From Patescibacteria group bacterium (GTDB lineage Bacteria; Patescibacteriota; Minisyncoccia; Phycocordibacterales; Phycocordibacteraceae): a stretch of DNA of 64,000 bases. The stretch lies in NCBI GenBank assembly GCA_038064495.1, contig JBBTSZ010000002.1, positions 16,717 to 80,716 on the forward strand, written 5' to 3'. Below, piece by piece: positions 37,461-46,882 of the stretch. Each line of letters opens with the position of its first letter. Positions within the stretch are counted from its first letter, which is position 1. The position numbers and the translations under genes were made by a program. Under the pieces are notes generated by a model. It was given only the letters and a program-made list of their open reading frames with translations. It made no database searches and was not told the origin of the DNA.

Positions 37461-39215
37461 ATGCAAGTTTCAGAGACCGAACTAAAAACTTTTATTCTCG
37501 ATTCCGGGCTTGTTCCACGCAAAGATGTGGAAGCGGCAGACGAGGAAGCCAAGAAACGAAATCAATCCATCGGTGACATTCTGGTGTCATCCGGCGCACT
37601 CACTCCAGACGCACTTCGTCGCATCAAGGCGTACGTGCTCGGTATCCCTTTCGTGAATCTAAAAGATAAGAAGATTGAGCTCGATGTGCTCTCCCTTATC
37701 CCGGAGCCAATCGCACGCACGCACAGCATTGTCGCGTTTCGTAAGGACGGCACGAACCTTGAAGTGGCGATGCTTGATACCCAGGACCTCCAAGCCATCG
37801 ATTCAGTCAGAAAGAAGACCGGACTCAAGATTTTGCCTCGTCTTACGGACGACGACTCTCTCAAACACTCACTCCTTCAGTATCAAAAATCCCTTAAAGA
37901 GGAGTTTGGTGACCTCATTGCGACCGAGGCTGGCAGGATTAACCTAATAAAGGACGCGGACGGAGATGATGTCTCCGGTGAGGACCTAAAGAAAATGGCA
38001 GAAGACCTGCCAATTGTGCGTATTGTAGACACCCTCCTTCGTCACGCCATCATCCAGGATGCTTCCGATATTCATATTGAACCTATAGAGGAGGCAACGC
38101 TCGTGCGGTACCGCATCGACGGCATTCTCCACGACGCGATGACGCTCCCGAAGAATGCAGGTCCCGGCATCACCGCTCGTATTAAGGTGCTTGCAAACTT
38201 AAAGCTCGACGAGAAGCGTCTTCCCCAGGACGGACGTTTCAAGATGGAAACCGAGACCGACAAAGTGTCCTTCCGTGTCTCACTTCTCCCAACCTACTAC
38301 GGAGAAAAAATCGTGATGCGTCTTTTGCGTGAGACCGGCGACGGGTTCTCCCTTGAAGGGCTCGGGTTCCACGGAGAAACTCTTGAGCGCATCCACTCCG
38401 CAACCAAACAAACGACGGGCATCATCCTCATCTCAGGACCAACGGGTTCCGGTAAAACCACGACCTTGTACACGGTGCTCGATATCTTGAATCGTCCGGA
38501 CGTGAACATCTCCACGATTGAAGACCCGATTGAATATCAGATGAAGCGCGTGAACCAAACGCAGGTGAACCCAGCCATCGGCTTCACGTTTGCAAACGGA
38601 CTACGCGCACTCCTTCGCCAGGACCCGAACGTCATCATGGTGGGAGAAATTCGTGATGGTGAGACTGCCTCGCTCGCGATTAATGCAGCACTCACCGGAC
38701 ATGTCGTACTTTCTACTATTCACACCAACTCCGCGAGTGGCGCCATTCCGCGTTTGATGGATATGGGCGTGGAACCCTTCCTCCTCGTGTCCACCCTGAA
38801 GCTGATTGTGGGACAGCGTCTCGTCCGTAGACTCTGTGACGACAAAGAAGCCTATACGCTTGATGATACGGAGCGTGCAAAAGTCGCAGCTGACGAGCAT
38901 TTTGAAGCGGCGTTCGGTGCACTTAAAGAAGAAAAGCTCACCAAGGACGACATGAAGCTCGGAGCACTTCCGTTCTATCATCCCAAACCGTCTGCAGAGT
39001 GTGAGGACGGGTACAAGAGCCGACTCGGTATTCATGAAATCCTTGCCGTTTCTCCAACCATCAAGGATTTAATTCTCCACGGCGCGTCTCCCGACGATAT
39101 TGAAAAGCAGGCACGCAAAGAAGGAATGCTCACGATGCTTGAAGACGGCATCTTCAAAGCCGCACGTGGCGTGACCTCACTTGAAGAAGTGCTTCGCGCC
39201 GTCAACGACGGGTAG
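37461..39215 (+). CDS. pilB: type IV pilus assembly ATPase PilB (GspE family)
   Basis: N-terminal GSPII_E_N-like region, Walker A GPTGSGKTTT, Asp box, His box; start taken at MQVSETEL. Confidence 0.85.
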   Translation: MQVSETELKTFILDSGLVPRKDVEAADEEAKKRNQSIGDILVSSGALTPDALRRIKAYVLGIPFVNLKDKKIELDVLSLIPEPIARTHSIVAFRKDGTNLEVAMLDTQDLQAIDSVRKKTGLKILPRLTDDDSLKHSLLQYQKSLKEEFGDLIATEAGRINLIKDADGDDVSGEDLKKMAEDLPIVRIVDTLLRHAIIQDASDIHIEPIEEATLVRYRIDGILHDAMTLPKNAGPGITARIKVLANLKLDEKRLPQDGRFKMETETDKVSFRVSLLPTYYGEKIVMRLLRETGDGFSLEGLGFHGETLERIHSATKQTTGIILISGPTGSGKTTTLYTVLDILNRPDVNISTIEDPIEYQMKRVNQTQVNPAIGFTFANGLRALLRQDPNVIMVGEIRDGETASLAINAALTGHVVLSTIHTNSASGAIPRLMDMGVEPFLLVSTLKLIVGQRLVRRLCDDKEAYTLDDTERAKVAADEHFEAAFGALKEEKLTKDDMKLGALPFYHPKPSAECEDGYKSRLGIHEILAVSPTIKDLILHGASPDDIEKQARKEGMLTMLEDGIFKAARGVTSLEEVLRAVNDG

Positions 39216-39232
39216 GAGGACATCCTCACATT

Positions 39233-39330
39233 CCCAACTGCTTTGTTGTTCGCTCAGGTACTCGTTCACCGTATATGAATACGACTCACTTCATTCCTCA
39301 CTCACGTCTCGCATTTAAAAACGTGAGAAC
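39233..39330 (+). repeat. intergenic repeat family, copy B (directly upstream of pilC)
   Basis: CCCAACTGCTTTGTTGTTCGCTCAGGTACTCGTTCACCGTATATGAATACGACTCACTTCATTCCTCACTCACGTCTCGCATTTAAAAA. Confidence 0.65.
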
Positions 39331-39354
39331 GTCCTCATGCTACGATATTTGTAA

Positions 39355-40572
39355 ATGAAATTCCGAGTCACGCTCAAGAGTGAGAATGGTTCTGAAGAGA
39401 AGCGGGTAATAGAGGCCGCGTCACGTTTCGCAGTATATGGAGAAGTAGAGAAAGAGGGTGCCACAGTGGTCTCTATTGAAGACGGAGAGGGGAGCACGAT
39501 TGATTTTAAGAAACTCACCACCTTTAATATCGGCACCGGAGTGAAGTTTGAAGAGCGTATTGTCTTTACGAAAAACCTTTCAGCCATGCTTTCAGCAGGG
39601 CTTTCACTTTCTCGTGCACTCTCTGTTATTGAGCGTCAAACGCGCAACAAACGCTTGAAGGAGATTGTCGTGAGTCTCTCAGAAGAGGTGAAGAAAGGCT
39701 CTGCGTTCCACGAGGCGCTTGCCATGCATCCAAAGATCTTCACCAAGCTCTTTATTGCGATGACAAAAGCAGGAGATGAGTCCGGCACCGTTGCCGATGC
39801 ACTGAAGATTGTGGCTCGACAGATGGAACGTTCCAACAACCTCAGCAAGAAGATCCGCGGCGCGATGATTTATCCGTGCATTATTCTCTCCGCCATCGTT
39901 ATTATCGGTGTGCTGATGCTTATGTACGTGGTCCCAACGCTCTCCAATACCTTTAAGGAACTCGGTGTTGCACTTCCATTTGCGACACAGGTCATTGTGA
40001 ATGCGTCCGACTTCATGGCCTCGCACGTGATTCTGGTGTTCATTATGCTCGGAGCATTCTTCGGCATCATTCTCCTCTTCACACGCTCAAAGGTTGGCTC
40101 ACGCTTGATACTTGCCGCATCGCTCCACATGCCGGTGATTGGAGACCTCGTGCGCGAAACCATGAGCGCTCGCGCCGCTCGAACCATGTCCTCACTCCTT
40201 ACGTCCGGAGTTGAAATGCTTACGGCTATTTCCATTACGGAAGAAGTGGTTGGAGACAATATCTTCGGAAAGGTAGTCGGAGAAGCTGCCGTACGTGTAA
40301 AAAAGGGTGAGGCACTTTCAGCTGCCTTCATGGCCTATCCAGATCTCTATCCCGTCTTTATCTCAGACATGATTGCCGTGGGTGAAGAAACCGGAAATGT
40401 CTCTAACATGCTTCTGCAGGTGGCTGAATACTACGAAACGGACGTGGAAGACCGCACGAAAGATTTATCCACAATCATTGAACCCATTCTCATGCTCGTC
40501 ATCGGTGTTGCGGTCGGTATTTTTGCGGTTGCGATGATTACGCCGATTTACTCCCTCTCTTCAAAGATCTAA
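39355..40572 (+). CDS. pilC: type IV pilus inner-membrane platform protein PilC (GspF family)
   Basis: Two T2SSF-type repeats with 3 TM helices. Confidence 0.85.
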   Translation: MKFRVTLKSENGSEEKRVIEAASRFAVYGEVEKEGATVVSIEDGEGSTIDFKKLTTFNIGTGVKFEERIVFTKNLSAMLSAGLSLSRALSVIERQTRNKRLKEIVVSLSEEVKKGSAFHEALAMHPKIFTKLFIAMTKAGDESGTVADALKIVARQMERSNNLSKKIRGAMIYPCIILSAIVIIGVLMLMYVVPTLSNTFKELGVALPFATQVIVNASDFMASHVILVFIMLGAFFGIILLFTRSKVGSRLILAASLHMPVIGDLVRETMSARAARTMSSLLTSGVEMLTAISITEEVVGDNIFGKVVGEAAVRVKKGEALSAAFMAYPDLYPVFISDMIAVGEETGNVSNMLLQVAEYYETDVEDRTKDLSTIIEPILMLVIGVAVGIFAVAMITPIYSLSSKI

Positions 40573-40589
40573 GGAGTGTGTTTAAAAAT

Positions 40590-40700
40590 CCCAACTCCTT
40601 CGTTATCCACTGCTCTCAAAGATTCACCGTACTAAAGAGTAGGACTCGTCTTTTCCTTTGTGGGCGTCTCGGATTTGCGAATTTTTTAGCTCACACTCCA
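40590..40700 (+). repeat. intergenic repeat family, copy D (diverged; upstream of pilin gene)
   Basis: TCCCAACTCCTTCGTTATCCACTGCTCTCAAAGATTCACCGTACTAAAGAGTAGGACTCGTCTTTTCC...GCGTCTCGGATTT; shares blocks CCCAACT, CTT.GTT, TTCACCGTA, GACTC, CGTCTCG.ATTT with A/B. Confidence 0.5.
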
Positions 40701-40725
40701 CGTTTGCGTGCGGTATCATACGTGC

Positions 40726-42450
40726 ATGGTTCCTTCTCGTTCCATTCGCGGTGTCACACTCGTAGATGCGATTGTTGGTTCTGCACTCGTTCTCGTTATT
40801 TTCCTTGCACTTGTGGGCCTCATGCGTGCCTCACTCCTCGTTGCTTCTCTCGCAAAAGTAAAAGCCGGCGCAACTGCCGTTGCAAACACGCAACTGGAGT
40901 ATATTCGCTCACTTCCGTACGACTCAGTCGGAACCGTTGGTGGTATTCCTGCCGGCGAGATTGCTCAGTATTCAACTACTACCCAAAACTCCGTCGCCTA
41001 CGGCCTAAAAACATTCATTGAGTATGTAGACGACCCTGCTGACGGAACTGATGCGGCTGACACAAACACCATCACCACGGACTACAAACAGGTAAAAGTC
41101 ACGGTGAGTTATCTGGTGAAGGGACAACTCCGACAGGTTTCAATGGTCTCAAATTATGCTCCCCCTTCTATCGAAACGGCAACGAACGGAGGAACACTCA
41201 AGGTAATTGTAGTAAACGCAACCGGAGCGCCTGTCGCAGGTGCGCAGGTGCGCGTGGTAAATGCAAGTACGTCACCCACCATTGATGTCACGACGTTCTC
41301 TGACGTGCTTGGAGAAGTCTTGCTCGGGGGTGCCGCGACGTCCACACAGTATCAAGTATATGTCTCTAAAACTGGCTACTCCAGCGCTCAAACATATGCG
41401 CGGGATGGAACGAATCAGAATCCTAACCCGGGATATCTTACGGTAGTAAAGAACGCTACGACCGCGGGAACCTTTGCCATTGACGCGCTAGCCTCCTTTA
41501 CGATGAATACTTATTTCCCAATTGCAGCAACCACCACACTTGACGCATTTAACGATACTTCACTACTCGCGAGTCAGACAAATACGCAGATAAATGCAAG
41601 TGAGCTAACCTTGTTGGATAACGGCGCAACGGGGTACTCCTTAAGTGGTTCAGCTGATTCTGTTGCTATTTCGCCTCCACTTCTTGTGTCTTGGGTCGTT
41701 GCTTCAACCACCACTTCTTCGCCATCTGGGACACAAGCTCGCGTGAGAGTCTATGACGGAAGCGGATACCTCCTCCCCGATGCAGAAGTCCCGGGGAACA
41801 GCTCCGGTTTTGACGGACCGTCTATTGACCTGACACAGGTATCAACGACCTCCTATCCAACGTTGTCACTTCACGCTGACCTTTCCACAAACGCAACAAC
41901 GACAACTCCCACAATTGCTTATTGGAGTATCACAGCTCTTGTAGGACCTACCCCTGCACCGAACGTCCCGTTCACGTTTACGGGAGCAAAAACCATTGGA
42001 ACAACTGGAGCTGGAGCAGCCATTTACAAAACCGTCATCTCATCACTCACTTCTGGTCTGGGCACAATCACACTTTCTCCGGAATGGGATTCCTATCTAC
42101 TTTCCGTTACAGGCTATGACGTAGTGGATGCCTGCTACGCGCCATCGTATGCGCTCTCGCCTGCGAGCGTGACCACAGCTTCTCTGTATATAGATACACA
42201 AACAGCTAACTCAATGCTTGTTGCGGTGCGCGACACCACGGGTGCGTATGTGAGTGGGGCATCAGTCACTCTGTCTCGCACTGGTTACTCAAGTACCGTC
42301 CAAACCTCATCCTGCGGTGCGGCGTACTTTGGAAGTATTACGGCAGATAATGCATACAGCGTACAAATTCAAAAGACAGGCTACACAACTACCACGTACA
42401 CGAACGTAACGGTTGGCGGCCAGACGTTTTATTCAGCTTCTTTCCCGTAA
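40726..42450 (+). CDS. large prepilin-type (pseudopilin) protein, Thr/Ser-rich with two carboxypeptidase-regulatory-like beta-sandwich segments
   Basis: N-terminus MVPSRSIRG^VTLVDAIVGSALVLVIFLAL (type IV pilin-like, acidic residue at +5); segments LKVIVVNATGAPVAGAQVRVV... and SVTLSRTGYSSTVQ... resemble CarbopepD_reg-like folds (inference). Confidence 0.6.
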   Translation: MVPSRSIRGVTLVDAIVGSALVLVIFLALVGLMRASLLVASLAKVKAGATAVANTQLEYIRSLPYDSVGTVGGIPAGEIAQYSTTTQNSVAYGLKTFIEYVDDPADGTDAADTNTITTDYKQVKVTVSYLVKGQLRQVSMVSNYAPPSIETATNGGTLKVIVVNATGAPVAGAQVRVVNASTSPTIDVTTFSDVLGEVLLGGAATSTQYQVYVSKTGYSSAQTYARDGTNQNPNPGYLTVVKNATTAGTFAIDALASFTMNTYFPIAATTTLDAFNDTSLLASQTNTQINASELTLLDNGATGYSLSGSADSVAISPPLLVSWVVASTTTSSPSGTQARVRVYDGSGYLLPDAEVPGNSSGFDGPSIDLTQVSTTSYPTLSLHADLSTNATTTTPTIAYWSITALVGPTPAPNVPFTFTGAKTIGTTGAGAAIYKTVISSLTSGLGTITLSPEWDSYLLSVTGYDVVDACYAPSYALSPASVTTASLYIDTQTANSMLVAVRDTTGAYVSGASVTLSRTGYSSTVQTSSCGAAYFGSITADNAYSVQIQKTGYTTTTYTNVTVGGQTFYSASFP

Positions 42451-42490
42451 TATGCGTGACTCCACTCCGTCAGAGAACAAATCGCGAGGA

Positions 42491-43099
42491 ATGCTAAAAA
42501 AACAAAAGCATTGTCTACCAGGATTCACTCTAGTTGAAATGATTGTCGTAATTTTTGTTACGGGTATTGTAGGGATTGCACTAAACTCTCTCATTGTAAA
42601 TTTTTATCGCTCAAATGCGTACTTGCTTCAGCAAACTTCAGCAATTGACAGTGCTCATCGCGGACTTGAGACTTCCTTTGTTGATTTGCGTGAGGCATCG
42701 TATGGCGACGATGGTTCGTATCCAATTCTGTCAGCAGCAACCTCCTCAGTCATCTTTTTCAGCGACATTAACGGAGATGGTTCGGTTGAGAAAGTTCGCT
42801 TGTATCTACAAAGTGGTACTTTCTATCGCGGTGTTACTAACTCCACCTCGAGCCCACCGGTCTACACTGGGCAATCTGAAGCAACAACGACCATTGCGAC
42901 GTACGTACGAAACGCCTCCAGCACACCACTCTTCAGGTATTACGGTGTAGATGGTATAGAACTCTCCGCGACAAGTACGGTAGATGTTTCAAAGATTAGT
43001 TCAGTATCAACCTCTGTCATGGTGGACCTCAATCCGCTTCGCGCACCTGATATCCTTACGCTACAAGCAACTGCCACTCTCAGAAACCTTCGACAATAA
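42491..43099 (+). CDS. prepilin-type minor pilin/pseudopilin
   Basis: Canonical class III signal MLKKQKHCLPG^FTLVEMIVVIFVTGIVGIAL. Confidence 0.7.
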   Translation: MLKKQKHCLPGFTLVEMIVVIFVTGIVGIALNSLIVNFYRSNAYLLQQTSAIDSAHRGLETSFVDLREASYGDDGSYPILSAATSSVIFFSDINGDGSVEKVRLYLQSGTFYRGVTNSTSSPPVYTGQSEATTTIATYVRNASSTPLFRYYGVDGIELSATSTVDVSKISSVSTSVMVDLNPLRAPDILTLQATATLRNLRQ

Positions 43100-43101
43100 T
43101 T

Positions 43102-44526
43102 ATGCACACCTCACCCCGCGGATACCTTATGCTTATGGCCATTGTATTCGGCTCCATTTTTCTTGGTGTTGTTGGGGCTCTCAGTAGCTTTGTACTGACG
43201 GAAAATAAACTGCAAAGCAGTAACACTGATAAAAACAAAGGATTTGCAATTGCGGAAGCTGGTATTGAATACTACAAATGGCATCTCGCACACTTTCCAG
43301 CTGACTTACAGAATGGAACAGGGGTACCGGGACCGTACACTATTCCATATTACGACCCAGAAACGGGTGCGCAGACAGGAACAGTTACTCTTACCGTCAC
43401 CGGGAACAGTTTGTGTGGGGGAGTAACTTCCATAGATCTAGAATCAAAAGGACAGTCTGTTGGGAGTACGAAAACGGCTACTATTTTTGCCCGTTATGCC
43501 AGGCCCACTGTTGCCGAATACGCATATGTCTTAAACAATACGGTCTGGGCAGGCGCAGATCGCATTATTAACGGCAAATACCACAGTAATGGAGGAATTC
43601 GCATGGACGGGACCGCAAACGCACCCGTGACCAGTTCACTTTCAAGCTGGTCGTGTACGTCGTCCTACGGTTGTAGTCCAACTGCGACAAAAGACGGTGT
43701 TTGGGGAGCGGGACCAAACCAAAATCTCTGGAGCTTTCCTGTACCACAGATAGACTTCTCAGCAATTGCAGCGAATTTTACGACACTCCAAGCAACGGCA
43801 CAGGCACAGGGTATTTATTATTCACGGTTTAGTTCTGGGAATGGGGGGGTCTCCTTCTACAAGGGCTACCACTTAGTCTTTAATAATGGTGGAACCGTAA
43901 CGGTCTATAAAGTAACAAGCCAAAATATTCTTCAGGCTTGGCCAATTAACAATCCAAGCGCCTCAAGCCAGATTTCTGACTATACGAGCATCAAGAATGA
44001 AACCCTCGTTGGTACGTACACCATCCCTGCTGCTTGCCCACTTATTTATATTGAGGACCATGTGTGGATTGAAGGAGTCGTAAGTCAAAAAGTGACCGTG
44101 GTGGCAGCTGACGCGGTGCACTCTGGTGTCGTGCCCTACGTCGTGATTAAAGGAAATATCACCTATGCAACCAATAACGGAAGCTCAGGACTTACGGTAA
44201 TTTCTCAGGGAGACGTGCTCATCAGTCCAAACTCACCGCAAAATATGAATCTGAACGGCATCTTTATTGCGCAGACCGGGGCGTTTGGTAGGAATCTGTA
44301 CGCCTGTCCAAGTAGTTACGAGCCGAGAGGAACACTCACCATTCAAGGAACAACCGTTTCGTATAAACGAACAGGTACTCGTTGGGTGAACGGCTGTGGT
44401 TCGGGTAGTGATGCAGGGTACCAAAGTCGTATTGACTCCTATGACCGAAAACTAGCGACCGACCCACCTCCGTTTACTCCGTATACCTCAACCGACTTTA
44501 AATTCGTTGACTGGCGCCAAAAGTAA
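43102..44526 (+). CDS. PilX-like minor pilin / pilus-associated protein with N-terminal hydrophobic anchor
   Basis: MLMAIVFGSIFLGVVGALSSFVLTE N-terminus; follows pilin genes with 2-nt spacing. Confidence 0.5.
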   Translation: MHTSPRGYLMLMAIVFGSIFLGVVGALSSFVLTENKLQSSNTDKNKGFAIAEAGIEYYKWHLAHFPADLQNGTGVPGPYTIPYYDPETGAQTGTVTLTVTGNSLCGGVTSIDLESKGQSVGSTKTATIFARYARPTVAEYAYVLNNTVWAGADRIINGKYHSNGGIRMDGTANAPVTSSLSSWSCTSSYGCSPTATKDGVWGAGPNQNLWSFPVPQIDFSAIAANFTTLQATAQAQGIYYSRFSSGNGGVSFYKGYHLVFNNGGTVTVYKVTSQNILQAWPINNPSASSQISDYTSIKNETLVGTYTIPAACPLIYIEDHVWIEGVVSQKVTVVAADAVHSGVVPYVVIKGNITYATNNGSSGLTVISQGDVLISPNSPQNMNLNGIFIAQTGAFGRNLYACPSSYEPRGTLTIQGTTVSYKRTGTRWVNGCGSGSDAGYQSRIDSYDRKLATDPPPFTPYTSTDFKFVDWRQK

Positions 44527-44538
44527 GAGTGGTATCAT

Positions 44539-45288
44539 GTGCGCATGCTCATCGTCGCCAACTGGAAGGCCTTTGTAGAGACTAAAGACAAGGCGGGACG
44601 CCTTCTTGTGAGTGCAAAACGCATCAGCGCACAGCACCATCATGACATTGTGCTCGCGCCACCAGCACCCTTTCTCGGTCTCCTTGCGGGCACGAATCGT
44701 TCCAAAGTTGCATTTGCTGCGCAGGATGTTTCAGCTACGCTTGGCGGAGCGGAAACGGGTGAGGTTACGGCTCCCGTTCTCGCCGGATTCAAAGTAAGTC
44801 ATGTCATTATTGGTCACTCGGAGCGTCGTGCACGTGGAGACACTGATGTAACTGTTCTTGAAAAAGTGCGACGAGCACTTGCACACGGCCTCACTCCAAT
44901 CTTGTGCATTGGTGAAAAAACACGTGACGACGACGGGGCGTATCTGCAATTCCTACGGTCACAGCTCTCCGCCATCTACGAACCGCTGACTCTGAAAGAA
45001 CGTCTCAAAATTATTGTTGCCTATGAACCTATTTGGGCTATCAATCATGATGCTGGCGAAGCCATCGGGCACGCTGACTTAACAGAAATGGTGCTCTATA
45101 TCCGAAAGCTTCTAAGCGAGTATCTTCCTGGGAAGGGCTCAACTTCGGCGAAGATTTTGTATGGTGGTTCGGTTGAGACGGGGAATGCACGAGACCTTGC
45201 GGCAAGTTCCGGCATTGATGGGTTTCTTGTCGGCCACGCAAGTACTGATACCACGACGTTCACTGCCTTGTGTAAGGCAGTGTCCTAA
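44539..45288 (+). CDS. tpiA: triosephosphate isomerase
   Basis: ANWK, IGHSERR, active-site E region. Confidence 0.9.
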   Translation: MRMLIVANWKAFVETKDKAGRLLVSAKRISAQHHHDIVLAPPAPFLGLLAGTNRSKVAFAAQDVSATLGGAETGEVTAPVLAGFKVSHVIIGHSERRARGDTDVTVLEKVRRALAHGLTPILCIGEKTRDDDGAYLQFLRSQLSAIYEPLTLKERLKIIVAYEPIWAINHDAGEAIGHADLTEMVLYIRKLLSEYLPGKGSTSAKILYGGSVETGNARDLAASSGIDGFLVGHASTDTTTFTALCKAVS

Positions 45289-45293
45289 GCGCT

Positions 45294-46430
45294 ATGCGGA
45301 GCGTCCGCGACATACCTGAATATAAAAATGTACCTATCTTGGTACGTGCAGCACTGAACGTACCGGTCGCGGATGGCGTGGTCGTTGATACGTTCAGACT
45401 TCGTCAGGCACTGCCGACCATAGCGTATTTACAAGAGCGTGGAGCCAAAGTAATTTTACTCGGTCACGTTACCGGCACAGGAGCAGAATCTCTGAAGCCT
45501 ATGTACGAAGTACTGAAGAAAATGCTTCCTGCTGTTGAGTTCTCACCAACCACTATTGGGAAAGAAGTGCGCGCGCTCGTGCGCGCCATGCGACCGGGAG
45601 ATGTCCTCATGCTTGAGAATCTCCGCCGCTTTAAAGGAGAGGAATCAAATGACCTTGATTTTACAGCGTCACTTGCGGAACTTGCTGACGTATTTGTACA
45701 GGACGCCTTTGATGTATGTCATCGAGCACACGCATCCGTGGTAGGCCTTCCGAAGTTGCTTCCGTCGTACCTCGGACTGTTGGTAGAGAAAGAAGTTGAA
45801 GAATTATCAAAAGCGCTTTCTCCTAAACATCCCGCACTCGCGATAATTGCTGGCGCAAAATTCAGTACCAAGGAGCCAGTGCTCCATACACTTCTGTCGT
45901 CCTACGACCAGGTCTTCGTTGGCGGCGCGCTTGCGAATGACTTTCTTGAGGCTAAAGGATTTTTCGTTGCAGATTCACTCGTCTCGGGAGGAAATGAAAC
46001 CGAGATGAAGAAATTGGCAGCACTACCAGAACTTCTGTTGCCAGAAGATGTCTATGTGGCAGAAAAGGAAGCTGCGCGCTCCGAGAGCAAAATTGTGAGT
46101 GTTTCTGACATCTCTGACCACACCGCGATTCTTGATGTGGGACCGAACAGTATTACATCACTCCTTCCGTATATTAAAAAAGCGAAAACCATACTATGGA
46201 ACGGAACGCTCGGGCGGTACGAACATGGCTTTACCGAAGGAACGCGCCTTCTGGCTGAAGCCATTACCGAGAGTAACGCACACAGTATTCTTGGTGGGGG
46301 AGACACGGTAGCAGCACTTGATGCACTAGGGCTCACCAAAAAGTTCTCCTTTGTTTCTACCGGAGGTGGAGCGATGCTGGACTTCCTCGCTGAAGGAACC
46401 CTCCCTGGGCTTGAGGCGCTTACAAACTAA
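45294..46430 (+). CDS. pgk: phosphoglycerate kinase
   Basis: Global PGK similarity (N-terminal R/D basic patch, ATP-binding C-domain). Confidence 0.9.
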   Translation: MRSVRDIPEYKNVPILVRAALNVPVADGVVVDTFRLRQALPTIAYLQERGAKVILLGHVTGTGAESLKPMYEVLKKMLPAVEFSPTTIGKEVRALVRAMRPGDVLMLENLRRFKGEESNDLDFTASLAELADVFVQDAFDVCHRAHASVVGLPKLLPSYLGLLVEKEVEELSKALSPKHPALAIIAGAKFSTKEPVLHTLLSSYDQVFVGGALANDFLEAKGFFVADSLVSGGNETEMKKLAALPELLLPEDVYVAEKEAARSESKIVSVSDISDHTAILDVGPNSITSLLPYIKKAKTILWNGTLGRYEHGFTEGTRLLAEAITESNAHSILGGGDTVAALDALGLTKKFSFVSTGGGAMLDFLAEGTLPGLEALTN

Positions 46431-46833
46431 GAGCTCTCTTAATCCTTTCAGCAACACGCTCACGTTCTTCAAGACTTACCTCGGACCTCGGTTCAAAGGT
46501 AACTGGATCAGCATCAAAGAAGGGAATAAGGTGCACATGCAAATGGAATACCTTCTGACCCCCGGCAGGTTCATTGTTAATGATGATACGCATGCCTTCT
46601 GCCCCAACTCCTTCTCGTATAGCCGGAGCAATGCGTCGTGACGTCTCCATAGTCGCTCGCAAAGCTTCTGGGTCCGCATCAAAAAAGTTTCGCATGTGTT
46701 TCTTCGGAATCACAAGTGCGTGACCCGTACTATCTGGTGCGTTATTCAAAAAGGCATACGTATTCACGTCTTCAAAGAGTGGAACTGAAGGCACTTCGCG
46801 ACTGATTATTTTGCAGAAGATGCAGTCATCCAT
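46420..46833 (-). CDS. HIT-family (histidine triad) hydrolase
   Basis: HVHxHxH-type motif HLHVHLIP. Confidence 0.85.
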   Translation of the reverse strand: MDDCIFCKIISREVPSVPLFEDVNTYAFLNNAPDSTGHALVIPKKHMRNFFDADPEALRATMETSRRIAPAIREGVGAEGMRIIINNEPAGGQKVFHLHVHLIPFFDADPVTFEPRSEVSLEERERVAERIKRALSL

Positions 46834-46882
46834 ATAGGCAAAGGATACTCTATTTTCTCATTCTGTTACAATTCTCTCCACC

